Source: Monocercomonoides exilis PA203 (taxonomy: Eukaryota; Protista; Preaxostyla). From it: 64,000 nt of DNA. The translations under genes were made by a program, and so were the position numbers. The notes beneath the pieces are model-generated. The model saw only the letters and a list, made by a program, of their open reading frames with translations. It was not told the DNA's origin and ran no database searches. Shown piece by piece: positions 13,977 through 27,973 of this stretch. The DNA is taken from assembly GCA_001643675.2 (NCBI GenBank), contig LSRY02000042.1, forward strand, positions 496,001 to 560,000, in the 5' to 3' direction. How positions within the stretch are numbered: the stretch's first letter is position 1; every line of letters starts with the position of its first letter.

Positions 13977-16908
13977 TTCCTCTTCATCATCTTCTTCTTC
14001 TTCCTCTTCTACTTCATATTCTTCAATGAACGTTGAATCAACAGCAGCAGAAGAAGAATCCAACACTTTACCACAAACTCAATCAAACATTAAACCACAA
14101 AGCCAATCTTTGCTTCCTTCTTCTTCTTCTTCTTCTCCCTCATCATCATCTTCCTCTTCTTCCTCCTCCTCCTCTTCTTCAAAGTCAGCAAAGCCCACAA
14201 AACCAGTTCTTACTCTTGCTGATCTTTCTCCTCTGCTTTTACAACAGCAGCATCAGCAGCAACAACAACAAACAGGACAGCTTCAGCCTTCTTCTTCTTC
14301 TTCTGCAAATACTTATTCTTCATTGAATTCATCCTCATCTTCATTAACTTCTTCTTCTTCTTCTTCTTCTTTGCCTCAATCACAATCACAATCACAATCT
14401 CAACCATTGCTCCAATCACTACCATCACAACCATCACAACCATCACAACCACAGCCTTGTCCTCTTCCTTCTTCTCTTCCTCTCTCTTCTTCTCTTCCTC
14501 TTCCTCTCCCTCTTTCTCTCTCTCTCCAATCAATGCCTGTGATACAAGCCGTGCAGTCGTTCAACCCATTCCAACAGCAATTGCTGGCAACACTTGTGCA
14601 GCTGTCACAACAAGGGCAGCTGTATCTGCAGCAGAATCAAATACAACAGAGTCAACAAAATCAACAGCAAAATCAACAAAATCAACAAAATCAACAAAAT
14701 CAACAAAATCAACAAAATCAACAGCAACAAAACCAACAGAATCAGTTACAGACTCAACAATCACAGCAAACATTGCAAACATTGCAAACATTGCAACCAA
14801 CATTACAGCAGAATCAACAACAGACACAGCAACAAACATTGCAAGGACAATCACAACAGCAAATATCGAATCTAACATTACAACAGCAGCAACAGCAACA
14901 GCAGCAACAACAACAGAATCAACAATTTAGCACTCAACAATCACAAAATCAACAGACATTGCAACAACAACCACAGACTCAACAACCACAGACATTGCAA
15001 CAACTTTCACAACAGGCTCAAGCTTCATCACTTTCTTCTTTGCCATCATCTTCCTCTCCTTCTCCTTCTCCTTCTCCTTCCCCTTCCTCCTCTCCTCCAC
15101 CTCCACCTCCACCTCTTCCCTCTTCTTCTCTCCTTCCGCCACCACCTTCTTCACAATTTTCTTCTTCTTCTTCTTCTTCTTCATCTTCTCCTTTGCCATT
15201 CCAATCACAACCACAACCACAACCACAATCTCAACCACAACCACAATCTCAACCACAACCACAACCTCAACAACATAACAAACAACAGCAATTTAGTCAA
15301 TATCCTCAATACAATCAACATAATCCTCATAATCCTCATAATCCTCGTCAAAATCTTCACAATCAGCATTATAATCAACCGCAACGTCCATATAATCAAC
15401 ACATTTACAATCACAATCAACATCTTAATCCACAACAAAATCAACAAAGTCAACAGAATGAACAACTGAATCAACAACTGAATCAACAACAAAATCAACA
15501 AAATCAACAGCATTACAAACAAAACCAACAAAACCATCAATTTTCTCCTCCTCGCCAATATTCCAGTCAGCCTTTGTCTGCTTTCTCTCAGCCATTCACT
15601 CCTCGCCTCATGAACATCACAAATACCACCAATCAACATAACAATAGAGGTGATAACAGACAAATTTCTTCGGGTTCTTCTTCTTCTTCTTCTCTTTCTT
15701 CTTCTCTTTCTTCTTCTCTTTCTTCTTCTCTTTCTTCTCCTTCTCAATCTTCTCCTTCTTCTTCTCCTTCTTATCCTTCTATGAGTTCACTTCCACAAAA
15801 CTCTTCTCTCTCGTCTCCATCGCATTCTGCTTCATTCCCTTCAAATCAAATGTATTCTGTTCAGCCACAACAACAACAAACAAAGCAGCAGCAGCAGCAA
15901 CAACAACAAACACGTATTCAAACACAAACACAAACACAATTGCAATCACAACACAACCAGCAGCAAGAAATTCAACAGCAAATACAACTGCAACAAATGC
16001 AACAACCACAACCACAACCACAACCACAACCACAGCAAGTGGGGCAGATCAACCCAACAGCATTGCTTCTTCTCTATTCACTCCTTCAACAACAACAAAA
16101 TCAACAACAAAATCAACAAACCCAACAGTATCAGACACAACCTGTTAATTCTCATTCTCCTTCTCCTTCTCCTTCTCCATCTCCTTCTTCTTCTCCTCCG
16201 ATCTTGCCTCCTCCTCCTCAATCTTCTTCTTCTTCTTCTTTTCCGTCCACTTCTTCTTCCTCTTCCTCTTCTCCTTCTCCTTCTTCATACCCTTCAAACT
16301 TTTCCCATCTTCCATCTTCTCCACTAATTGCAGCTCAATCATCATCATCTTCCTCCTCCTTCTCTTCTTCTTCTGTTACATCTCAACCTTTTCCTCAACA
16401 GCAACGGAGCAACACACACATAAACACACAGATGAATATGCACTCACAACCACAACCACAAACACAAGCACAATCACAATTACAGACACATCCACAACAA
16501 TACCCCAATCCTCATTCAATGTCCCATCCAATAACTCATCCAAAACATTATCCCAATCCTAATTCTTATCCAAATTCTCATCCTTCTTCTCATCCTTCTT
16601 CTAATCCCCGCCCTTCTTCTTCTTCTCTCCATCTCATCTCTCCAACAGACACACAACCAGACTCCATTCAATCACAAAAGATGCCTTCTTCTTCTTCTTC
16701 CTCTTCTTCTTTCTCTCTGAAAGATCGATCTTGTTTGCCTTCTCTTTTGCCAACTCCAGTTGAAATACCAGCAGTTGGATTGCATTCAGTGCAGATGAAA
16801 GGGAAGGAGGAGAAAATGAAGGAGAAAATGAAGGAGAAGGAGAAAGAAAAAGAAAAAGAGAAGGAAAAAGAAAAAGGGAAAACTAATGTTCAAAGACACG
16901 ATGTTTGA
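11239..16908 (+). CDS. Very large intronless low-complexity (Ser/Gln/Pro-rich, disordered) protein, ~1889 aa; frame reopens after the TGA to 17358
   Basis: Single 5.7 kb open frame from ATG 11239; poly-S, poly-Q and QNQ repeats, RGG boxes; no globular domain recognised. Confidence 0.7.
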
Positions 16909-17629
16909 AGCGAAGGAAGTGATGAAGGAAGAAGGAAAGCGAGTGGGAGTGGAAGAGGAGAGGGAGAGAAAGAGGAAGAGGGAGAAAGAGAAGGAGATGG
17001 ATTGATTTCAATGAAACAGATGGGAAAGACACAGGCTCAACCGCAGATGCAAGTTAGCAATACAGCAGCAGTAACTACAACTGCTTCTTCTTCTTCAATT
17101 TCTCCTTCTTCTCCTTCTCCTTTTCCTCTTTCTTCTTCTTCTTCTCTTCTTTCTTCTTCAAATACATCCAGCCATGCAATGCCAATCAATCGTAATTCAT
17201 CAAAGAAGCAGCAACAACAGCAACAACAACAGAATCAACAGAATCAACATCAAATGAATCAAATGAATCAAATGAATCAAATGAATCAAATGAGCCAACA
17301 ACGACATCTTTTGTCTGCACCACAAACACTTCCGCATCACACAAAGCAGATGAAATAGAGTTAAATAAATAAAAAAGCTATCTGCTTAATGCATTTCTTT
17401 CGATTTTTGGGATCTTTTTTTAAATATTTTTTTAGCTTCCTTCTCATTTTCTTTCTGTTTCTGTTTCTGTTTCTATTTCTCTTTCTCTTATTCTTTCTTT
17501 TATGCTCTTTCTTCTTTCTTCTATTGTCTATTGTCTTTCCTCTTTCATGTTTCTATCTTTATTTTGATTGTTTATTTATAAGAATTTATGTTTTAAGCCA
17601 TCGTATACTCACTCATTTTACATAACTGT

Positions 17630-17704
17630 TTAATTTTTTCTTTTTCTTTTTCTTTCTCTCTCTCTTTCTTTCTCTTTCTCTTTCTTTTTCTCTTTCTTTC
17701 TCTT

Positions 17705-17741
<37 letters not shown>

Positions 17742-17800
17742 TTCTCTTTCTTTTTCTTTTTCTCTTTCTTTTTCTTTCTCTCTCTTTCTCTTTTTTCATT
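17630..17800. repeat. (CTTTCT)n-like pyrimidine microsatellite
   Basis: Direct observation. Confidence 0.85.
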
Positions 17801-19048
17801 CTGTTAATGTTTATGTTATCTTTCTTTCTTATTTTTAAAATTTATGCTAATTTTTTACACACTCCACACATTTACATATTTACTCACCTCATCTCCATAC
17901 AAAGTTTTGCCTTCTCTGTTTAAATTATAAAATAAACTGTTTTTACAAAATTTCAATAAAAATAAATGATGTTTCACAAACTTTAAAATCTTTCTTTTTC
18001 TTTTATTTTTGAAAACCAACTTTCTTTTTTCCTTTTCCTTTTTCTTTAATTTTTTTCAAAAGAATGAAAAAAAAAATAAAAAATGATCATTAAACTCAGT
18101 TCGAATGTTGTTAAGCCAAATGTTACGCAAACTGTAAAGAATGCTTTGTTGTTCAAAAATAAACAGATAAAAAAAAAAAAAAATGGAAAAGAAAAGAAAA
18201 GAAAAGTAAAAAAGAATAAACTTCTTCAAATTATGATTAAAATGAAATAAATAAACGATTGAGTAATGATAAATGATAAACGATAACTGATAACTGATTA
18301 TTGATATTATTATTATTAAAATAATAATAATAACAAAAAGAAAAAAAAAGGAAACAATCTCGAAAACGAAAGAGACAGCTGAATCAAGCAACAAGAGGGC
18401 TGCGTTGCTTGGCTCTCAAAAAAGACGTTCAGACAAATCGATTTAATTGATGGCATATAAAATACTGTTGCTATTCGAATTGATATTGCTGTTGTGATGA
18501 ATAAGATATCTATGAAGATAATGATGATAATGATGATTTTAATGAATATGATGATGATGATGACATCAAAGACAACAATGATTTTAATCTGTTCAATAGA
18601 AATTTATACAGAAAGTTCAGTTAAAATGTGAAGCTGATAAAAATGACAAAAGCAATAAAATGCACAAAGATGAAAGAGAAAACGTAATGAAAGTTTCTTC
18701 TTCAATCCAAAAGGAAAAATTATGCATAAGGATCCAATGCAAATGATTGAATGCGACATAACTTTATTGAAAGAAGAAGAAAGAAAGAGAAATAGAAGGA
18801 ACAGAAGAAGAAGAAGAAGAAGAAAAGGATGAAAAAGAGTGAAAATATTAATGCAATAACATTTGCAACAACGATGATGTTGCTGCAACTGAAGACAAGA
18901 ACAGGAAAAATTATATGTTTTTTAAAATCAAAAAATTAAAACCAACAAATCCTCAAAAACACCTCCATCTCTTTCTCTCTCTCTTCCTCCCTTCCACTTC
19001 ATCTCCTTCTCATTTCCCTCTCATCCTTCCTCCTCCTTCTCCTCCTCA

Positions 19049-21194
19049 CTACCACGAGCTCCCCTTCCCGCTCCCTCCCCTCGAATTCCCTCCTCCAAAG
19101 CTTCCCCCACTCGAGAAATCCGACGACACACTGGCTGTGCTCGCCACCTCCCTCAGCACCCTCGTCACCTCCCTCAGCGGCCTTCGGTACGTCCTCTCGT
19201 AATACAGCGTATCCATCACATCCCTCCAGAACATCCGCTGCCTCATCCTCTCCACCTCCTGCAGCGTCATCGGCGCCGGCCGCACAAAGCCGAATGGCCC
19301 AAATCCTCCCACTCTGCCGTATCCATAGCGCGGTGTCCTCACCCCGCTCATCTTGAAACCACTGCCGTGATGATGCTCACCCGGATGCTGGCCCCAGTCG
19401 TCCTCTGAGTCGCTGTCCATAAAGTCGTCTCCTCCATTGCCATCTCCATGCTCATTTCCTCCTTCATTCCCTCTGTCCATTCTCGTCCCTCTGCTTCCTC
19501 TGCCTCCTCTTCCTCCTCTCGGCCCATTGAGCGGCTGGCGCGGGTTCTTCACGCGGCAAAGCGGACAGCAGTCGTTTTTGGCGAGCCAGACATTAATACA
19601 GTCACGATGGAACTGATGCCCACACGCAGGCAGTGTTTCCACGCCCGTGTCGATTGACCAGTCGATTGTGGCTTCTTCTTCGGGGGAGGCGGAGAAGTGG
19701 GGGCAGGAGGAAGAGGAAGAGGAAGAGGAGGAAGAAGAAGAAGAAGAGGAAGAGGAAGAAGAGGAAGAAGAGGAGGAAGAGGAAGAAGAGGAGGAAGGAG
19801 GGTAAGTGGGATATTCAGGTGGAGCTGATGGTTTAATTTCTTCTTTCTCTTCGTCTTTTTCGATGTCTGGTGGTGGATCCATGTGCAAAATGTTAGCCTG
19901 ATGCAAAGAATTTTGATAAAATAAGAAATGAAAAGTTTATAAAAATCAAATAAAAGAACAAATGCATATCAAAAACCATAACATAAAATATAAATGAAAT
20001 TTAATAAAAATCAACATTTTTCAATTTAATTATAAATAAATAAACAAATAAACTACACACATAAGCTTCCATTCTGGCAATGTGTTCTTCAGGGAACCTT
20101 TCCATGCAGATTGGGCAGACTGTGGTGAAGATTGGCTTCTTTGCAGATTCTGGATTTTCAAGATGCGCCCTCATTCCATCCTGTGGGACAGTTCGGTTGG
20201 AAATGCGGTTTTGTTTGTTTCATTCAGTGTATTTATTTATTTTTATATATGATTGTCATTTGTTCAGGCAAAGGCAATATTTTTCAAAGCAATATATTTG
20301 AAACCATAGAATTATTTGTGGGCATAAAAAACAAATAAATAACATACCATTTCTCGTTCAAAAGCTTCTTGAACTTCTCTTTCTTTCTTCTTCTTTTTCC
20401 TGTCATGCACTTTCCATACACCCCAGCATATGGCACCAATTATTGCCAAAGTTAATAATTTGTGATCAACGAAAAAGTCTAATATACGCATAGGCAATGG
20501 AGGTTTGTGATAAAACGGGTAGATAATAGAGTCTACTGCTAAGATAAGCGCTTTGTCATAATCTTTATTCCTAAGATATGGTTTTAATGAAGTGAATAAA
20601 GCACTGCTCATTCGGCCTCTAAAAATTCTCTTTGTTCCTTTTCCTGTTTGTATGTACATCTGCCTATCTTCAATGCTAAACAAAATTTAAAGATGATACA
20701 TTACAACAACATTAAAAAAATGCTATTCAAACATTAATGTAAAAACAATTCCATTCTTTTCTGAAGCATCTCCAACACCCCATCTATCGAAAACATTTCT
20801 TGTAAATTCACCAGGAGATTCAGAAGAGCTAATTTTCTATTCAAAGAAAATAAAATATTTAAATTACAATTTGAAAAACATATCTTTGCAAATAAAAATA
20901 CAATACATTTACAACAACAATCCCAATTTCTGCATCGGTTTCCTTATGGAAGGTATCTATTCTCTCATTCACACTTTTAATAACACGAGGAGACAAATAT
21001 CCATTTGGGTCGCAAATCCACGAAGGTGGAAGTCGCTGATGATTCGGATACATAGCTTTCAGTTGCTCTATCTGATAATCACTGAAGCACAAAGGAGAAT
21101 TTGCTCGCGGATTTGGAACCTTATTAGATCGCCATGCCGCCGACATGAGCGAAATTAAAAAACAACAAATATGCAAAAAGCTAAATATTTTCAT
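19049..21194 (-). CDS. Signal peptide + TPM (DUF477/MOLO-1) domain + TM helix + RING-H2 finger + Gly-rich GGSFGGG...SW tail (5 exons)
   Basis: VPNPR...WICDPNGYLS...EIGIVVVN|...VFDRWGVGDASEKNGIVF..IEDRQMYIQTGKG...LKPYLRNKDYDKAL (TPM); TM LLTLAIIGAICWGVW; CPIC ... CGHQFHRDC...WL...CPLCR (RING-H2); all joins are GT-AG and in frame. Confidence 0.8.
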
Positions 21195-21870
21195 TTCACA
21201 AATTATTTGTTATGGGCATTAAGAAAAAAAAGGTCCGTTTTCAAAATAAGTTTTTCACGAAATCTATCGTTGTTAATGTGATTTTCATCAAGTTTTTTTC
21301 GATGCATAATTTTCCGATGGAAGATTAACAAACTTGGAAACAATTTCAACATTGATAATTCCTCAGCGTAAACTTCGTGATTCAGAATTGAAAATAAAAA
21401 GAAGATTTTTGAATATAATGAAAGTTTGAAATAATTGCATTTTATTCATACAATTATGTTTCATTTCCTTCCGATTGATTCGGAAATTTTCTATATGATT
21501 TGTTTATTTATTTTCTCATTCAAAAAATTGATAGTTTTTGAATTCGATAAGAGATAGTTGTTATTGATGTGTAATGCGTTACGAAAAAAGATGTTTCAAT
21601 AATAAAAACACATAAAAGAGCAATCGGGAAAAAATTTTTTGCGTTATTAATTTTGTTCCACTTAATTATTTTTTGTGTTTTTCACAAATTTTTTAATTTT
21701 TTTTTTCATTATTGTGCATTGGAATGTTTGACTTGTGATGAGATGATGGAGAAAAAGTTTGGAACAAAATAAAGTTTTTTTTATTAAAGAAAAAATTTTG
21801 CAACAATTCACAAATAAGAGTTCAAAAAAATATTATATATTCAACAAAAAAAATTTTTTTTTGTTATTTC

Positions 21871-22913
21871 ATGGGAAATGCGGTTGACGGAAATGCGATA
21901 AAGGATGAGAAATTTCCAGAGTTGTGTACGTTTGATCAAGTTGGTTCGGATTGGGTTTGCATCATTTCATGGTTGTTAAATGCAATAAAATTTTTTAGTG
22001 CTTTGTGCAAACTTCGTCGCATTATTTTGCTTCAGATGGTTATGGCTTTACGTCCCAAAGAGTTCAATTACCACTTGAAACAATAACACGTTCGTCAATT
22101 TCTTTCTTTTATTTTTTGCCACAAATTATATGAAAAAACAAAAATATTGAATATTTAATAAAATAGAATTCTTTGACCAAATGAAAACAGAGGATGAAAC
22201 AGCAAAAATTGAAGCAATAAAATCTGTCGAAATGATGGCGAATCAACTCGATGCAGATGAATTGAACGAGATTGTTACAAAAGAAAATGTGATTACTCTT
22301 GTTGGATTCATTGCAAATGGAAAGAAAGAAAGTGAAATTTCATCTTTGCGCCTTCTTGGAAAGCTTGCACAAGTGGGAGCCATGCTTACCGACAACTTCT
22401 CAATGAATCTTTTTAGTTCAACGCTAACAGATTTTGACTGTATTCAATCCATTTTTCGTTTATTTCAACGACCAGATAACAATCATGAAGTTCTTTCATT
22501 GATCGCTCGCTTCTTGGCTTTTGGCTTCAAATACCAGAAGATCCCAGACGAGTATTTGTGCAAAGTTGTGAGCGTGCTGATGAAAGACCTGTCGATGCAA
22601 AGAATAATTGACGACCCCACACAACTGCACGACACTTTGAAGGCATTGGGAACTATTGCTCTCTTTTTTGGTTTGTATTTTTCTTTCTTTCTTCCTTCCT
22701 TCCATATCTTTCATTTTCTTAATATTATTAATCTTTCTCATTCTTTTTGTTAATGATCAAAATTCACACTCATAACTCAAACACACATAAAATGGAAATT
22801 TATCTTTAAAAATATAATTCCTCTTCCATATAACTTCTTCCATTCAAAACCACATTCACTGTTATATTTTCCTTCTTCTTCTTCTTCTTCTTCTTCTTCT
22901 TCTCTCTCTCTCT

Positions 22914-22966
<53 letters not shown>

Positions 22967-25719
22967 TAAATATTTAATAATTTCCAATCTTATTTATTTT
23001 TTATATATATTTCAAAGGTAACCGAGATCTCCTCCTCTCCGCCAACGTCCATCTCTTCGCTGCCTCTTACATCGTCAATCGCTACGTGCCTATTTCCAGT
23101 GCCTCTTTGCAGCTTCTTTCTCTTCTCTCGTCCACACAGCTGTCAATCAAACATTTCCTGATGAGAGAGTGCGATATATTCCATTTAGCATCAATGCTGC
23201 TGTCTTTAGCGGTGTCTGCTATTAGAGCCATTTGGAGGATTGGGTTGGAAGGGCAGAGGAGGAGGTGGAGAGGAGGTGGAGAAGGAGAAGGAGAAGAGAA
23301 TGAAGGAAGAGGAAGAGGAGGAAGAGGAGGAAGAGGAGAAGAGGTGGATGAGAATAATTATATATTCACAGAGAAAGAGGATTATTGCGAGGAAGAAGAA
23401 GAAGAAGAAGATGATGATGATGATGAAGAGGAAGAGGAAGAGGAAGGAGAGGAAGAAGAAGAAAAAAGCAAAAAAGCAGTTAAGGAGAAAGAAAAGAAAA
23501 AGAACAAAAAGAAAGATAAAAAGAAGAAGATAAAGAAGAAAGGAAATGACATAAATGACAATGAAATCAATGACGACCTCTGCATAGAAGAAGATTGGGT
23601 TGAAGTTGAGCTTGATGAAAGTGATTCAGATAGAGAAACGAAGCAAAAAACAATTGAAAAACAAAGTATTGACAATAATAATAATAAAGACAATGATACA
23701 GACAATACAATGAGCAATAGAAGAATTAATAATAATAATAATAATAGCCAAAGGGATGTTAAATATGATGGTGATCGGAATAATAATAACAATAACAGTA
23801 ACAACAGTAATAACATTAATATTAATAATAATCATATTGCTTGTGATGTTAGCACAGGTGATGCTGCTTATGTAAGCAGCGTGAATGAAAAATGTGAGGG
23901 TAATCAAAAAAACATAAGTAATTGTGAAAGAAAAGATAATAACAAAGACAATTACAATATCAATGATAATTATAAAGACAATGAAAACAGCTTTAATAAT
24001 CAAACTGAACAAGAAAGTGGTGACACACAAATTGAATATTACTCAACTCTTTCTGCATATACACCTCCTCTCCAAAACAATTCATCTTCTTTTTCTTCCT
24101 ACTCTTCTTCCTCCTTCTCTTCTTCTTCCTCTTCCTCCTCCTCCTCCTCCTCTTCTTCTTCCTTCGAATCATTTCTTGATTCCCAGCGTCTTCTCCTCTT
24201 CTCCCCTTCCTCCATTTTTGCTCCTCCCTTCCGAAAATTCTCTTCCAACTCACAAAAACATCCTTATCATTCTTCTTCTTCTTCAAATTCTTCTTCTCCC
24301 TTTTCCTCTTCCTCTTCTTCTTCCCCTTCCTCTTCTTCTTTCCCCTTCTCACTCACCCCATCTCCTCCACCACCACCACCTTGTTCTTCTTCTTCTTCTC
24401 TTTCATCATCACCACCACCATCATCATCATCTTCCTCTTCTTCCTCCTCTCCTTCTTTCATTTCACGTAACAGACACAGCCACCCCCACCTCTTTTCCTC
24501 TCAATTGCATACACCTTCTCCTCCCCCTTCTTCTCCATTCACTCCTCCTCTTCCTTCTTCTCTTCCTTCTTCTTCCTCTTCTTCTCCTTCAATTCCATCC
24601 AATTCTTCTGAATCTTTCACATCTTCTCCTACTCCTCCACCTCCACCACCACCTCCTCCTCCTTCCTCTTCTCCTCCTTCTCCTTCATCTTCTCCTTCTC
24701 TTCCTTCTTCTCCTCATCAGAATCAATTGAAACCTCCTTCGCCTCCTCCTCCTCTTTCTTCATCTTCTTCCTCCTCCTCCTTCTCATCATCATCATCATC
24801 TTCTTCTTCTTCTTCTCCTTCTCTTTCTTCTTCGAATTTATCTTCATCGTCTTCTTCTCCATCCAATCTTCAATCACAAGCAGATCAACAGACTTCTTCT
24901 CAAATTTCTCAAAATGAATCAAATTTAGATGACATTTCAAACACACACACAACAATTGAAAATGATTCTATCACTTCATCTTCTTCTTCTTCCACTTCCT
25001 CCTCCTCTTCCACATCTTCTTCATCATCACCACAATCACAATCACAACCACTTTCATCAGCATCATCATCATCTTCTTCCTCTTCCTCTTCCTCTTCCTC
25101 TTCCTCTTCCTCTTCCTCTTCTTCTTCTTCTTCACATCATCTCAAACAATCTTCTCTAATTTCATTGCGTTCCTCTCCATTCGGTCTTCGCTCTTCTTCT
25201 TGTTCTTCTTTCTCCTCCTCCTCCTCCTCTTCCTCTACCTCTCCTTCTTCTTCTCCTTCTTCCTCTTCCTCTTCTTCTCCTTCATCATCATCATCATCTT
25301 CTTCTTCACCTTCCTCTTCTTCCAACATTCTTCCTCACAAACGTCTTTCTTCTCGCTCTCTTTCTCTTTCCGTTCCTTCTTCTTCTTCTCTTAAACCTTC
25401 TGCTCCTCAGCCAATCTCTTCATTCCAATGGATGGAATCTTCTCCCACTAAGTCTTCACTTTCTCCTGTTTCGACTGCTGTCAATTCTTCTTCTTTATCT
25501 TCTTCTTCACTTGAATCTTCATCTCCCTCATCATCATCATTATCTTCTTCTTCCTCTTCTTCTCCTTCTCCTTCTTCTTTGCACATTGTCCGCTCAGCCA
25601 CAACTGTTTCTTCTCCTCTTTCCTCCTTTTCTGCCTCATATCATTCATCATCATCATCATCTTCTTCTTCTTCTTCATTTAATCCATTGTCTCCTAAATC
25701 ACCTTCTTTTTCTTCCTCC

Positions 25720-25754
<35 letters not shown>

Positions 25755-26253
25755 CTCTTCTTCTTCTTCCTCCTCCTCTTCTTCCTCTTCCTCCTCTTCT
25801 TCCTCTTCCTCTTCTTCCTCCTCTTCCTCCTCCTCCTCCAACCCTCCCACACCTCTTCCTCTTTCCTCTCGTTCCTTAACCATTTCTTCTCCTCCTTCCC
25901 ACATTCCATTCATTTCTCCTTCCATTTATCCACCACAAAACACACAAAACACTCAAAATGGATATCTTAATGCTCCTGCTATTAACAGCTTTCTCAGACA
26001 TACGTTTGAGAAGGAAGTGAATTCTGCTAATGCTTCTTCTGCTTCTGTTTCTTCTTCTTCTGATGCTTCTTCTTCTTCTTCCTCCTCCTCTTCTCCTTCA
26101 CCTTCTTCTTCTTCATTATCAACTGCCCAATCTTCTTTTTCTTCCTCTTCTGCTTCTGTCTCTTTCTCTCTCTCGCCTCACAACCTCATCCTGACCCTTC
26201 CTACTTCTTCTTCTCGCTCAAAAAAGAAGAAAAGAAAGAATTTTAATTCTTCT

Positions 26254-26286
<33 letters not shown>

Positions 26287-27942
26287 CTCTCCTTCTCCTC
26301 TTCTCATCTTTCTTCTCTTTTTGACTGGATTTCTTCCATTTTGCAGCTTGTTCATTCAATCATCTATTGCAACTCCCCTTCCATTCACCATATTCTTCAT
26401 CATCCTTCTTATTCTTCATCTTCTTCCTCCTCCTCCTCCTCTTCTTCTTCTTCTCTTTCCTCTTCTTCCTCTTCTCTTTCTTCTTCTCTTTCTTCTCTTT
26501 CTCCTTCTTCTCTTTCTTCTTCTCCCGTTTCTTTCTTCCCTTCTTCTTCTATTGCTTCTTTTTCTTCCTATTTTTCTTCTTTTCCTTCTTCTTCTTCTTC
26601 TTCTTCTACTTCTTCTTCTTTTCCTTCTTTTCCTCCTTCTCTTTCCTCCTTCTTTTCTCCTCTTCTCTATCAAATTGTTGCTTTGTCTTCTTCGTCTGCT
26701 TTCGATTTGTTTCAAAACGTCTTCTTCGAAAGACAACAACTTTCAAACACTCAACCTCTTCCTCAAAAGAATTGCTCTTCAAATACAAATGATATGTCAT
26801 CATCATCATCATCTTCTTCTTCTCCTTCTCTTTCTCCTCTTTCATCATTATCGTGGTCATCTTCACCTACTTCTTCTTCTTCTCTTTCATCCTCCTCCTC
26901 CTCCTCTTCTTCTTCTCATTCAACATTTTCTTCCTCTTCCTCCTCCTCCTCTTCTCCTTCTCCTTCTTCTTCTCTTCCATTTCCTCGCTTCTATTTCCAT
27001 CCACCAAGAGAACTGAGATATCGAAGTGTTGTTGTCCTCAGACTTATTCTTCCTTCCTCTTTTCTCTACATCCCTCACAATACATCATCTGTAGCTCATT
27101 CATCATCATCATCATCATCTTCTTCTTCTTCTTCTTCTTCTTCACATTCTTCTCTTTCCCCTTCCTCCTCCTCCTCCTCTTCCCACTCACAAATGCACCT
27201 CCTCATCCAGACACGTGTCTTCTCCTCGTTCTCTTCCATTCTCTCTGCTTTTGCTGAGACTGACACACAAATCTTGTTCCACGTACTCCTCTCCCTCACA
27301 GACGTCGTCAAACAAGCCGCTTTCCGCCCTGCTTCTTCTGCTTTTGTGCAGAGAAGAAAAGAGAAGGAAAGAAGTGAAACACATGAGACTGCTCCTGGAT
27401 GTTCTTCTTCTGCTTCTTTGTCTTCTTCTTCTTCTTCTTCTGATCAATCTTCATCGGCAACATCTCCATCCTCAACAACAACAACAACAACAACTTCTTC
27501 TTCTTCTTCTTCTTCTCTTTCTCCTTCATCATCATCATCACTTTCTTCTTCTTCTTCTCCTCTTCCCCCTCAAAATGTCGTTATTTCTCCTCTTTTGTCA
27601 TCCAAACTTGATTCTTCTTTCTCTTCTTTGTCTTCCACAGCCACTTCATCATCATCATCATCTTCTTCTTCTTCTTCTTCTGATGCACTTGCTTCAGATA
27701 CAAATGAATTGAATTCCTCTCTTCATATAGACACATCAACACCTTCTTCTTCTTCTTCTTCTTCTTCCTCTTCCTCTTCTTCCTCTTCTTCTTCCGCTCC
27801 TCTTTCTCGTCTCAGCAGATCCCTCACTTCTCATCAGAAGGTTCCTCAACCTCCTCCTCCTCGTCTCCTTCCTCGCTTTTCTCGTTCTTTCTCTTCTGAC
27901 TTCAAATTGAGCAATCAATTTTCTTCTTCTTCTTCTTCTTCC

Positions 27943-27973
<31 letters not shown>

